This document shows positions 40,007-49,722 of a stretch of 64,000 nt of DNA, in pieces (the first letter of the stretch is position 1; the number at the start of each line of letters is the position of its first letter). The position numbers and the translations under genes were made by a program. The notes beneath the pieces are model-generated. The model saw only the letters and a program-made list of their open reading frames with translations. It ran no database searches and had not been told where the DNA came from. The DNA is from Thermodesulfobacteriota bacterium. Its GTDB lineage: Bacteria > Desulfobacterota_D > UBA1144 > Nemesobacterales > CSP1-2. The stretch spans positions 1,948 to 65,947 of the forward strand of contig DASWID010000030.1 of NCBI GenBank assembly GCA_036397855.1. The letters run 5' to 3'.

Positions 40007-41812
40007 ATGGGAAATATTAGGATTCTGCCCGATTCTGTGGTTTCAAAGATAGCTGCGGGTGAAATAGTGGAAAGACCCTCTTCTATTGTTAAAGAGCTGG
40101 TAGAGAACGCTCTCGATGCTGGAAGTACGCGCATAAATATTGAATTAGGTGCGGGGGGTAAGAGGTTTATCAGGGTATCGGACAATGGTTTAGGAATGAG
40201 CAGAGATGATGCACTTCTCTCACTTGAACGCCATGCCACTAGCAAGCTTAAAAGTATAGATGACCTGCATACTATCAGTACGCTTGGGTTTCGTGGCGAG
40301 GCGCTTCCGAGCATCGCAGGGGTTTCTCGATTCTCAATCACAACGAGGACAGAGGGAGAGATTGTCGGTGTCAGGATAGTTGTCATGGGAGGAATCATAA
40401 AAAGTGTCCAAGAAACTGGCTGTCCGCAGGGCACTTCTGTTGAAGCAAGAGATATTTTTTATAATACTCCACCTAGACTAAGATTTATGAAGACTACTGA
40501 CACAGAACTCAGAAATGTTCTTGATGTTGTTCAAAGAGAGTCTTTGTCTCGACCCTATGTAAGGTTCGAGGTATCGCATAATGGCAAGGATATTATCTGT
40601 CTTCCTGAAAGAGGTTCTATTGAAGATAGATTACCTGACATTTTCCCAGAAACCGCTCTCTATAGAGTATATATGGAAGTTGATGGGATATTGATCCATG
40701 GATTTATGAATGGTCCCGATGATTCTAGATCAACTACGCAAAGATTATACATTTATGTAAACTCCCGCACAGTTAAAGATAGGATTCTTACAAGAATGGC
40801 TATCGACTCATATGGAACGCTATTGGAAAAGGGGAAATTCCCACAGGGGATTCTATCGATTGATCTTCCTTATCAGGAAGTTGATGTTAACGTGCATCCA
40901 ACTAAAAATGAGGTTAGATTTAGAAAATCGAATTTCATAGGGGACTCGATCAAGGCTGCAATTTTTGCAATGCTCAGGAGTGCTCCGTGGATCAAGGGTT
41001 ATCATAATAGGATCGAGAATGCGGTAAATAGATTTTATGAGAAGAAACGGCATTTTGAAACCCGGGCTGTAGATAGTGATCGAAAAGCTTTTCATCGTCA
41101 AGGCGTGGATGACCAGCCAGAACATGGGGACATGCCAAAATTAGAACCAGATAATATAACGTTCCATAAGAGAGCCGAGACTCGCCCCATAAAGCCTCTT
41201 ACACAGAGTGCATTAAGGGTGGAGGGCTATTTCTCCAGCCTAAAGATCGTAGGACAGATCGGGGAGCTGTATATAGTCTGCGAATCTGGAGAAGGGATGA
41301 TACTTATAGACCAACACGCCGCACATGAAAGGTTAAATTATGAAAAACTAAAAAGGGCTCAGTCAGAAAATGGTAGACAAGAAAGACAGAAATTACTACT
41401 CCCAATTACTCTTGAATTATCGCCTTATGAGGCGCGTATTATGGAGGAGCACTTGGAAGAGTTAGAGAACCTAGGAATCGAGATTGAGGAGTTCGGTAAG
41501 GATAGTTTTGTTATCAGATCGATTGCATCCATGCTTGAACCTACAGATATCAAGGGACTTATCAAAGACATTTTGGGAGAGATAGCGTCAATGGATAAGG
41601 AAAAGACTCTTACAGAGAGGCTGGACAACATAATTGCGACTATAGCTTGTCACTCATCGATTCGTGCTAGTGAAAGGTTGAACCATCAAAAGATTATTGC
41701 ACTGTTGGGACAGCTCGATAGAGCCGATTTTCCACATTCTTGTCCTCATGGAAGGCCAGTTGCAAGGGAGATTTCATTTGAGGAGTTAGATAGAATGTTT
41801 AAGAGAACATGA
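40007..41812 (+). CDS. mutL: DNA mismatch repair protein MutL
   Basis: 601 aa. 'IRILPDSVVSKIAAGEIVERPSSIVKELVENALDAG' GHKL ATPase domain and a C-terminal dimerisation domain. Confidence 0.9.
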   Translation: MGNIRILPDSVVSKIAAGEIVERPSSIVKELVENALDAGSTRINIELGAGGKRFIRVSDNGLGMSRDDALLSLERHATSKLKSIDDLHTISTLGFRGEALPSIAGVSRFSITTRTEGEIVGVRIVVMGGIIKSVQETGCPQGTSVEARDIFYNTPPRLRFMKTTDTELRNVLDVVQRESLSRPYVRFEVSHNGKDIICLPERGSIEDRLPDIFPETALYRVYMEVDGILIHGFMNGPDDSRSTTQRLYIYVNSRTVKDRILTRMAIDSYGTLLEKGKFPQGILSIDLPYQEVDVNVHPTKNEVRFRKSNFIGDSIKAAIFAMLRSAPWIKGYHNRIENAVNRFYEKKRHFETRAVDSDRKAFHRQGVDDQPEHGDMPKLEPDNITFHKRAETRPIKPLTQSALRVEGYFSSLKIVGQIGELYIVCESGEGMILIDQHAAHERLNYEKLKRAQSENGRQERQKLLLPITLELSPYEARIMEEHLEELENLGIEIEEFGKDSFVIRSIASMLEPTDIKGLIKDILGEIASMDKEKTLTERLDNIIATIACHSSIRASERLNHQKIIALLGQLDRADFPHSCPHGRPVAREISFEELDRMFKRT

Positions 41813-41815
41813 GAG

Positions 41816-42400
41816 ATGAAAGAGCACATAATTTCACGACTAAGGGAAAGTGCTGAGCTCAAACTTCGTTTTGCAAAGGAATCTGTAAATGATATAGTTG
41901 AGGCTACTAAAATTATTCAAAAATCATTTAAGTCGGGGGGTAAGGTTCTAATATTTGGAAATGGAGGGAGTGCTGCAGACGCACAGCATATTGCTTCGGA
42001 GTTTGTCAATCGGTTTTCTAAAGATCGGAAACCCTTTTCGGCAATCGCTCTTACTACAGATACATCCCTACTTACGTCAATAGGGAATGATCGTTCATTT
42101 AATAGTATATTCTCTCGCCAAATTGAAGCGCTTGGAAGGAAAGGCGATGTGGCTTGGGCGATATCGACAAGCGGAAAGTCAAAAAATGTTGTTAGTGCGT
42201 TAGAAGTGGCAAAATGTGTAGGGCTCAAAACAATTTTCTTAACGGGTTCTGAAGTCGGTAAAATCGGGGACTCGGTTGATTGTTTAATCAAGATTCCTTC
42301 AAAATCAACTCCTAGGATACAGGAATTACATATTACCGTAGCACATATTATTTGCGAATTGGTTGAAGAAGATTTATCAAGTCCAAAGGAGACTTCTTGA
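41816..42400 (+). CDS. gmhA: SIS-domain phosphoheptose isomerase (GmhA/DiaA-like)
   Basis: 194 aa. 'KVLIFGNGGSAADAQHIASEF', 'DVAWAISTSGKSKNVV'. Confidence 0.65.
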   Translation: MKEHIISRLRESAELKLRFAKESVNDIVEATKIIQKSFKSGGKVLIFGNGGSAADAQHIASEFVNRFSKDRKPFSAIALTTDTSLLTSIGNDRSFNSIFSRQIEALGRKGDVAWAISTSGKSKNVVSALEVAKCVGLKTIFLTGSEVGKIGDSVDCLIKIPSKSTPRIQELHITVAHIICELVEEDLSSPKETS

Positions 42401-42569
42401 TTTCCGGAGATAGAAAATGGTAAAGATCAGTCTGTTTTATTACGGGGGGAAAAAAGCTGTAAATCTGGCCCTAAACTGACTCGGTTTGATACTTTCATAA
42501 TATCAGACGTTGCCATTCTGATTTTTTTGTCTCTTTTAAATTACAAAACATATGACATAATTTCAAAAT

Positions 42570-42674
42570 ATGATTGCGAACTGTCCAAAATGTGGTGAGT
42601 CTACTACTTGGGAGGGAAATGATTGGCGACCGTTTTGTTCACGGAGATGTAAACTGATAGATCTGGGTTCTTAG
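42570..42674 (+). CDS. yacG: YacG-like zinc-ribbon protein (DNA gyrase inhibitor family), 34 aa; absent from the ORF track
   Basis: [34 protein letters not shown]. The C-x2-C…RPFCSxRCxxIDLG pattern matches YacG. Coordinates ±1. Confidence 0.5.
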   Translation: MIANCPKCGESTTWEGNDWRPFCSRRCKLIDLGS

Positions 42675-42757
42675 ATCTCCGAGGAGTATGTAATTAATGA
42701 CAGGCTCCAAACGGGAGAGGATACTGAAGGGGAAATAGAGATAGAAGAAGAATAAAA

Positions 42758-43183
42758 ATGAAATCAGGTAGTATTCTGAAGCTTGTTTATGTTTCAAAAA
42801 GAATGACGATAGGGGTCTATGAGGCATTATCCACCAATAGGTATGCGGATGACCTTGAAATAGCGGTGTTATTGCGAGAAGAAGGGAAGCATACGATGAT
42901 GACTGCTAAGATGCTTGATGAACTTGGAATAGAAACTCCAAAGAGGGGTGGAGAGTTGGCAGAGAGGTTCGGAGAGACAGTAGGTAAATTCTCAGCGGTA
43001 TTGGGATCAAGAGGATTGTGCTTTTTTATGCAATTTGGAGAAGAAGCCGAACGGTTATTCTTAAAGGCTGCGTCTGGTGTTTGTAAGAATCGAAATGACA
43101 GGAAAATATTGGATCTTATAATCTATGATGAAAAAAAGCACGTCAATTGGTGGAGAAAACAATTACTACTGAGGAGGCATTAA
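42758..43183 (+). CDS. Ferritin-like (diiron four-helix-bundle-type) hypothetical protein
   Basis: 141 aa. Two E…ExxH pairs: 'YEAL…REEGKH' and 'EEAE…DEKKH'. Ends 6 nt before the efp RBS. Confidence 0.4.
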   Translation: MKSGSILKLVYVSKRMTIGVYEALSTNRYADDLEIAVLLREEGKHTMMTAKMLDELGIETPKRGGELAERFGETVGKFSAVLGSRGLCFFMQFGEEAERLFLKAASGVCKNRNDRKILDLIIYDEKKHVNWWRKQLLLRRH

Positions 43184-43188
43184 ACCTT

Positions 43189-43761
43189 ATGGCTGTGGTC
43201 GATACTAGTCGATTTTATAAGGGTCTAAAGATAGAGTATGAAGGTGAAATATGGGAGGTGCTGGAATACCATCACTCTAAGATCGCTCAGCGAAGTCCTG
43301 TGGTTAAGACAAAGCTCAGGAATATAATCACGTCTTCGGTACAGGAAAAGAATTTCCGTTCCGGTGAGACATTTGAAGTACCAGATATGGAGAGAAAAGC
43401 AATGCAGTTTCTGTACAGAGATGAAATAGGCTATCACTTCATGGATTCGAAAACTTACGATCAGCTTAGTCTGAGTAAGGAATTGGTTGGAGAATCGGCC
43501 AGGTTTCTGAAGGAACAACAGGAAATAATCGTAGTATTCTATAAAAATGAACCGATTGGAGTAGATCTTCCTGTAGCCGTTGAGATGGAAGTGGTTAAAA
43601 CAGAACCTGGGGTGAGGGGAGATACGGTGTCAGCGGGTACCAAACCGGCTACACTTGAATCTGGGGCAACAATTTCAGTTCCCCTTTTTATAGAGGAGGG
43701 AGACGTAATAAAAGTCGATACGAGGAGCGGAGTTTACCTGGAAAGGATAAAAAAGAAATAA
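43189..43761 (+). CDS. efp: Translation elongation factor P
   Basis: 'MAVVDTSRFYKGLKIEYEGEIWEVLEYHH…VVKTKLRNI…'. RBS 'gaggagg' 12 nt upstream. The track ORF starts at 43147. Confidence 0.85.
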   Translation: MAVVDTSRFYKGLKIEYEGEIWEVLEYHHSKIAQRSPVVKTKLRNIITSSVQEKNFRSGETFEVPDMERKAMQFLYRDEIGYHFMDSKTYDQLSLSKELVGESARFLKEQQEIIVVFYKNEPIGVDLPVAVEMEVVKTEPGVRGDTVSAGTKPATLESGATISVPLFIEEGDVIKVDTRSGVYLERIKKK

Positions 43762-44031
43762 GGTTCATTTATAATTTCACCAAGAAAATTTGACTCTGAT
43801 ATCTAAATCTTAGGTTCTTTCAATTAAGATATCCTTTGAAATCGCCCTCCTAATTTTTGAGATAATATTTATTGTCAGAAATCAATAACCGAACATTGAT
43901 CGGGATCCAATGGTACTCCATAATTATCTACTAGCAATTATCAAAGGTTAAATTTAAAATGCGATTAATTTGACGAGATTTTATAGAATATAACTTTTAA
44001 CTGAAACTATTTTATAGAGGGTATATTCCCT

Positions 44032-46704
44032 ATGACACCTGAAGAAAAAAGAATAGAGGAAGACCGGTCGCGACAGGCTCATTGGAGGAGATGGGGTCCT
44101 TATCTCAGTGAACGCCAGTGGGGAACGGTTAGAGAAGATTATAGTCCATTTGGAACAGCCTGGGACTATTTTACACATGATCAAGCACGCTCCAGGGCCT
44201 ATAGGTGGGGGGAGGATGGAATAGCGGGAATTTCAGACAACCACCAAAGACTGTGTTTTGCTATTGCCCTGTGGAATGGTAATGATCCGATCCTTAAAGA
44301 AAGGTTATTTGGGCTAACGGGAAGTGAGGGTAACCATGGGGAGGATGTGAAAGAATATTACTATTATCTGGATAACACCCCTACTCATTCCTACATGAAG
44401 TATCTATACAAATATCCTCATAAATCTTTTCCGTATCAGCAGCTGGTTGAGGTAAATAGGGGGAGAGGTAGGGGAGATTTTGAATACGAGCTTCTTGATA
44501 CCGGGGTGTTCGACGATAATAGATACAATGATGTTTTTGTTGAGTATGCTAAGAATTCACCAGAGGACATTCTCATAAAAATAACTGTTTCAAATCGGGG
44601 ACCTGAAGACACAAACTTACATCTACTTCCGACACTCTGGTTTCGCAATACATGGTCGTGGTATCATTCCCCAGATAAACCCTTACTCAGGTCAAGAAAA
44701 TCTAATGTTCATTTCCGTATAATTGATGCATACCATAAATCGCTGGGGAAGATGTGGTTCTATTGTGAAACTCCTAACGAATTGATTTTTACTGAGAACG
44801 AAACTAATTATGAAAGATTGTTTGGTGTGAGTAATTCATCTCGCTTCGTTAGAGACGGCATAAATGATTATATAGTCGCGGGGAGAAAACAAGCTGTTAA
44901 TTCCGATGAGATGGGCACAAAGTGTTCAGCCCATTATTTGCTTGCACTTAAATCAGGCGAATCGAGGGATTTAAGGCTCAGGCTGACTAACTCAGATGGG
45001 CTTGCCGATCCATTTGGAGATAATTTTGAGACTATCTTCCGAGAACGCAAGACCCAGGCAGACGAATTTTACAGGCGAATTTGCCCATTTCCCTTGACGG
45101 ATGATATGCGGAATGTATATAGGCAGGCGTTGGCTGGAATGCTCTGGAATAAGCAATTCTATAATTACGTGGTTGAAGAATGGCTGAATGGCGATTCTGC
45201 GGGACCTCCACCTCCCGAAGAACGAAAAAACGGAAGGAATCATGAGTGGATTCATCTCTATAATGACGATATTCTTTCGATGCCGGATAAATGGGAGTAT
45301 CCTTGGTTCGCCGCGTGGGACTTGGCATTTCATACGATTCCACTTGCTGTGATTGACCCTGAATTTGCGAAGCGTCAATTGATTCTGCTTACTAGAGAGT
45401 GGTATATGCATCCTAACGGTCAGATTCCGGCTTACGAATGGGCTTTTAGTGATGTGAATCCGCCTGTGCATGCCTGGGCTGCATGGAGGGTATATCAGAT
45501 TGAAAAAAAGATTTTTGGTAAACGAGATATCCTTTTCCTTGAGAGGGTATTTCAAAAGTTGCTACTTAATTTTACATGGTGGGTTAACCGAAAGGATGCT
45601 AAAGGCAATAATGTTTTTGAGGGTGGTTTTCTCGGATTGGACAACGTCGGAATTTTTGACAGAAGCCGAGAACTTCCTACAGGCGGATTTCTGGAGCAGG
45701 CGGACGGAACGAGCTGGATGGGGATGTATTGCCTGAATATGCTCACGATTGCGCTTGAGCTTTCAAAAGAGAATCCGAGTTATGAAGATATTGCGAGCAA
45801 ATTTTTTGAGCATTTTATTTACATTGCTGATGCGATAAACAAAATGGGGAGTCAGGATCAGGGACTATGGGATGAAGAGGATGGTTTTTACTATGATGTC
45901 ATAAATTTACGGAATGGGAATACCTTACCGATAAAGGTGCACTCCATGGTGGGTATCATACCGCTTTTTGCTGTGATGACAATAGATTCGTATGTATTGG
46001 AGAAGCTCCCTGCCTTCCAGAAGAGGCTTAATTGGTTTCTACAAAATCGACCAGACCTTCTTCACGGTTGTTCAATAAAAGAGAGGACTGGAACAATTCG
46101 AAGGAGGCTCCTATCAATCGTTGATGAGCATAAGTTAAAGCGTATATTGCGACTTATGCTTGATGAATCAAGGCTGTTGAGCCCATATGGCATCAGGTCT
46201 GTTTCAAAGATCCATAAAGATCATCCTTATCTTTTCGACATAAATGGTGCTGAATATAGGTTAGACTATGAACCTGCGGAATCCACTTCAGGTCTTTTTG
46301 GCGGTAATTCCAACTGGCGGGGGCCAGTATGGTTTCCTTTAAATTTTCTGCTTATCGAATCACTTCAAAAGTTTCATTACTATTTCGGCGACGAATTCAA
46401 GGTGGAATGTCCTACTGGTTCAGGTAACACCATGACACTATGGGAGGTTGCTACTGAGCTCTCTCATAGGCTCATGAAGATATTTCTCAAGGATTCTAAG
46501 GGGAGAAGGCCAGTTTTTGGGGGGACCGAAAGGTTTCAAACTGATCCTTATTGGAGAGATCTAATCCTGTTTAATGAATATTTTCATGGTGATAACGGAG
46601 CTGGCTTAGGGGCAAGCCATCAAATGGGATGGACTGGTGTCGTTGCCAAACTCATACAGCAATGTGGTGAGTATTGCTTGCAAAACAAAAAACCAATTTT
46701 ATGA
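44032..46704 (+). CDS. Large glycoside hydrolase, GH63-like (mannosyl-oligosaccharide glucosidase-type, six-hairpin fold)
   Basis: 890 aa. N-terminus '[21 protein letters not shown]…[27 protein letters not shown]' is recalled as characteristic of bacterial GH63-like proteins. Assignment moderate. Confidence 0.55.
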   Translation: MTPEEKRIEEDRSRQAHWRRWGPYLSERQWGTVREDYSPFGTAWDYFTHDQARSRAYRWGEDGIAGISDNHQRLCFAIALWNGNDPILKERLFGLTGSEGNHGEDVKEYYYYLDNTPTHSYMKYLYKYPHKSFPYQQLVEVNRGRGRGDFEYELLDTGVFDDNRYNDVFVEYAKNSPEDILIKITVSNRGPEDTNLHLLPTLWFRNTWSWYHSPDKPLLRSRKSNVHFRIIDAYHKSLGKMWFYCETPNELIFTENETNYERLFGVSNSSRFVRDGINDYIVAGRKQAVNSDEMGTKCSAHYLLALKSGESRDLRLRLTNSDGLADPFGDNFETIFRERKTQADEFYRRICPFPLTDDMRNVYRQALAGMLWNKQFYNYVVEEWLNGDSAGPPPPEERKNGRNHEWIHLYNDDILSMPDKWEYPWFAAWDLAFHTIPLAVIDPEFAKRQLILLTREWYMHPNGQIPAYEWAFSDVNPPVHAWAAWRVYQIEKKIFGKRDILFLERVFQKLLLNFTWWVNRKDAKGNNVFEGGFLGLDNVGIFDRSRELPTGGFLEQADGTSWMGMYCLNMLTIALELSKENPSYEDIASKFFEHFIYIADAINKMGSQDQGLWDEEDGFYYDVINLRNGNTLPIKVHSMVGIIPLFAVMTIDSYVLEKLPAFQKRLNWFLQNRPDLLHGCSIKERTGTIRRRLLSIVDEHKLKRILRLMLDESRLLSPYGIRSVSKIHKDHPYLFDINGAEYRLDYEPAESTSGLFGGNSNWRGPVWFPLNFLLIESLQKFHYYFGDEFKVECPTGSGNTMTLWEVATELSHRLMKIFLKDSKGRRPVFGGTERFQTDPYWRDLILFNEYFHGDNGAGLGASHQMGWTGVVAKLIQQCGEYCLQNKKPIL

Positions 46705-46846
46705 TATACAATTCGAGAGCACGGTTGAGGTTATAGATTAGATTTGGAAATAAATCTATGTTTTGGCTTTGAAAGAAGAACTTTATTTTCTATCGCAGGT
46801 GGTTGATTATAATTATTGAAAAAATTTTGAAGGAGAGGAAAAGAAA

Positions 46847-47194
46847 ATGAAAAAGACACCAACTAAACCTAAAAAGCAGTCCAAGGAAGGGGGCTTGAAA
46901 AAACAGTATGTTAAGTCCGGCAGCGTGTGTAAAGTTACATTCAGACTTCCAAAGGAGGCTGTAAAAGGTGCTCGGAGGGTAAACATTGTCGGGGAGTTTA
47001 ACGATTGGAGCATTGAAGCTAATCCGATGAAACCACTTAGGAGTGGGGAGTTCACACTGACCTTGGATCTAAGATCCGGTAGGGAATACAGATTTAGATA
47101 TCTTGTTGAAGGCTATAGGTGGGAAAATGATTGGAACGCTGACCGATACGAAGAGAACATTTATGGTAGCGACGATTCGGTAGTTATCGTCTGA
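46847..47194 (+). CDS. Free-standing CBM48 (glycogen-binding, AMPK-beta GBD-like) domain protein with Lys-rich N-terminus
   Basis: 115 aa. 'VTFRLPKEAVKGARRVNIVGEFNDWS…MKPLRSGEFTLTLDLRSGREYRFRYLVEGYRWEND' follows the CBM48 pattern. Confidence 0.6.
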   Translation: MKKTPTKPKKQSKEGGLKKQYVKSGSVCKVTFRLPKEAVKGARRVNIVGEFNDWSIEANPMKPLRSGEFTLTLDLRSGREYRFRYLVEGYRWENDWNADRYEENIYGSDDSVVIV

Positions 47195-47669
47195 TCTTGC
47201 GTTAAGCGTAGATATAACATTATTTTATTGCATGGCTTATTTACAGATAAGAAGTTCCAATCCTTAGATCGAATTCATTGATCCCGGATGTCTGCGGTTG
47301 TCGTAAACAGCGATGAACTTCTCATTCTTCCGTGGTGTATAGGTTATATATTAAAGCACGTGAGTGTTGAGTTCAGTCTTAAAGCGTTTCAATCAAACAT
47401 CATTGATTCGATTCGAATGCTACTTAAGTGTATTGGGTTCCATAAGTTTGCTTTACACGAAACACAATTTTTATAGTCTGGGTTAATTTAGCTCTATGAC
47501 TGAATTTTGATTAAATAGCCGAATATTGTAAAATAAAATGATATTCAAGTAACTTTCAACGTAGGGATTTTTACTTTTAAACATCTAAAATTCTAACCAT
47601 ACTGTCAATACAGATTTTCAAATCAAGATAGTTTTTTCATTGTGTCGACCAATAAAAAATGATCTAGTC

Positions 47670-49652
47670 ATGAAAAACGAGCTAAGAAAAAGGGTCGTAA
47701 TAGAAAATGTTAGACCTGAGATCGATTGTGGTGCTTTCCCAATAAAGAGAGTAGTGGGTGAAAAGGTTGTAGTAGAAGCCGATGTCTTTGCCGATGGGCA
47801 CGATTCAGTTTCTGCAAGTCTTCTCTATAAAGCCCCAATTGAGAAGGATTGGAATGAGATATCAATGACTTCCTTGGAAAATGACAGATGGAGGGGTGAG
47901 TTTCTTGTTGAAAAAATCGGCAACTATTATTACTCGCTCGAGGGTTGGGTCGATTATTTTAAGACATGGCAGAAGGGTTTTAAAAAGAAATTCGAAGCTG
48001 GCTATGATACAAGAGTTGAACTTCTCATAGGTGCTGATCTTATTGATAATTCGTTAAGTATTGCTTCGAAGACAGATCGAAAAAGGCTTGAAGAGCTAAG
48101 TAATATTTTAAAAGGCAACAATGTGGAGGAAGCTATATCATTTGCCCTTGGTGACGAGCTTACAAATTTAATGGACAAGAATCCCGATAAGGCTTCTTCT
48201 ACACGTTTTGAAAAAGAGTTCAGAGTTGTTGTGGATAGGCCAAGAGCGCTTTTTAGCGCATGGTACGAACGCTTTCCCAGATCTACTTCCTCTCTACCCG
48301 GTAAGCACGGTACCTTTAAAGATTTAGAAAAGTTACTACCCGAAATAGCGCGGATGGGGTTTGATGTTCTATATTTACCTCCGATACACCCAATCGGCAA
48401 GATTCACAGAAAGGGGAAAAATAATTCTTCTGATGCAAAACCTGAAGATGTTGGCAGTCCGTGGGCCATAGGGTCTGAAGAAGGTGGGCATAAGTCTATA
48501 CATCCTCAAATTGGGGACATGCATGACTTTGAATCACTAGTAAAGAGTACAATGGATTTAGGTATGGAGGTAGCAATGGATTTAGCATTTCAATGCGCTC
48601 CCGATCATCCATATGTAGGGGAGCATCCTGAGTGGTTCCGAAAGCGGCCAGACGGAACTATTCAAAATGCTGAAAATCCACCAAAGAAGTATGAGGATAT
48701 TTATCCTTTAAACTTCGAAACAGAAGACGTCCAGGGGCTTTGGGAAGAGCTCAAGAGCGTCACGATTTTCTGGATAAACAAAGGCGTTAAGATCTTTCGG
48801 GTTGATAATCCCCATACAAAAGCATTTCCATTTTGGGAGTGGCTTATAGGAGCGATAAAAAACGATTATCCCGAAGTAATCTTTCTATCCGAAGCCTTTA
48901 CTAGGCCAAAGGTTATGTACAGATTAGCGAAGATCGGATTTACCCAGTCTTACACTTATTTCACCTGGAGAAATACGAAAAAAGAATTTATCGATTATCT
49001 GACCGAACTAATACACTCAGAGGTGAGTGAATTCCTTAGGCCTAACTTTTGGCCTAATACCCCAGACATACTTCCAGAGCATCTACAGTTTGGGGGTAGA
49101 CCAGCTTTTATAATGCGGCTGGTACTGGCTGGCACACTTTCGTCCAACTATGGAATATATGGTCCTGCCTTCGAACTTTGCGAGGATGAAGCATTGACTG
49201 GAAAAGAGGAGTATCTGAATTCTGAGAAATATGCCATTAGGGAATGGGATTGGAGTACGGAGGGCAATCTAAGGGATTTAATAGCCATCTTTAATGCAAT
49301 CAGGAAGGAGAATCCTGCCTTACAATTAACAAGAAACTTAAAATTCTACCAGGTGGATAATGAGTATCTCCTCTTTTATGGAAAGGCTACAGAAGACCTA
49401 GAAAACATAATACTTGTGGTAGCTAATCTTGACCCTTTTCATACACAATCAGGATGGGTAACTGTACCGATTGAAGACTTCGGTATTGATCCTGATCAAC
49501 CCTACCTCGTTCATGATCTCTTGAGTCAGGACAAGTACATTTGGCATGGTGAGAGAAATTATGTCGAACTGAATCCTCATGTAATACCCGCTCATATCTT
49601 CAGGTTGAGGAAGAAGCTAAAAAGAGAGACTGACTTTGACTATTTCTTGTAG
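47670..49652 (+). CDS. glgE: Alpha-1,4-glucan:maltose-1-phosphate maltosyltransferase
   Basis: 'RVVIENVRPEIDCGAFPIKRVVGEKVVVEADVFADGHD' is the GlgE N-terminus, followed by a GH13 catalytic core. The ATG at 47670 is preferred over the TTG at 47640. Confidence 0.85.
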   Translation: MKNELRKRVVIENVRPEIDCGAFPIKRVVGEKVVVEADVFADGHDSVSASLLYKAPIEKDWNEISMTSLENDRWRGEFLVEKIGNYYYSLEGWVDYFKTWQKGFKKKFEAGYDTRVELLIGADLIDNSLSIASKTDRKRLEELSNILKGNNVEEAISFALGDELTNLMDKNPDKASSTRFEKEFRVVVDRPRALFSAWYERFPRSTSSLPGKHGTFKDLEKLLPEIARMGFDVLYLPPIHPIGKIHRKGKNNSSDAKPEDVGSPWAIGSEEGGHKSIHPQIGDMHDFESLVKSTMDLGMEVAMDLAFQCAPDHPYVGEHPEWFRKRPDGTIQNAENPPKKYEDIYPLNFETEDVQGLWEELKSVTIFWINKGVKIFRVDNPHTKAFPFWEWLIGAIKNDYPEVIFLSEAFTRPKVMYRLAKIGFTQSYTYFTWRNTKKEFIDYLTELIHSEVSEFLRPNFWPNTPDILPEHLQFGGRPAFIMRLVLAGTLSSNYGIYGPAFELCEDEALTGKEEYLNSEKYAIREWDWSTEGNLRDLIAIFNAIRKENPALQLTRNLKFYQVDNEYLLFYGKATEDLENIILVVANLDPFHTQSGWVTVPIEDFGIDPDQPYLVHDLLSQDKYIWHGERNYVELNPHVIPAHIFRLRKKLKRETDFDYFL

Positions 49653-49722
49653 ATTTACCAGCCATCAATTGACGAGGTCTAAAAATAGGCATGACACAAG
49701 AGGCGCATAGGGAGAATGCTCG

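Noticed and set aside
47288-47476. 62-aa ORF between the CBM48 gene and glgE
   Set aside because: No RBS, no similarity, and lies in a probable promoter region. Treated as noise.
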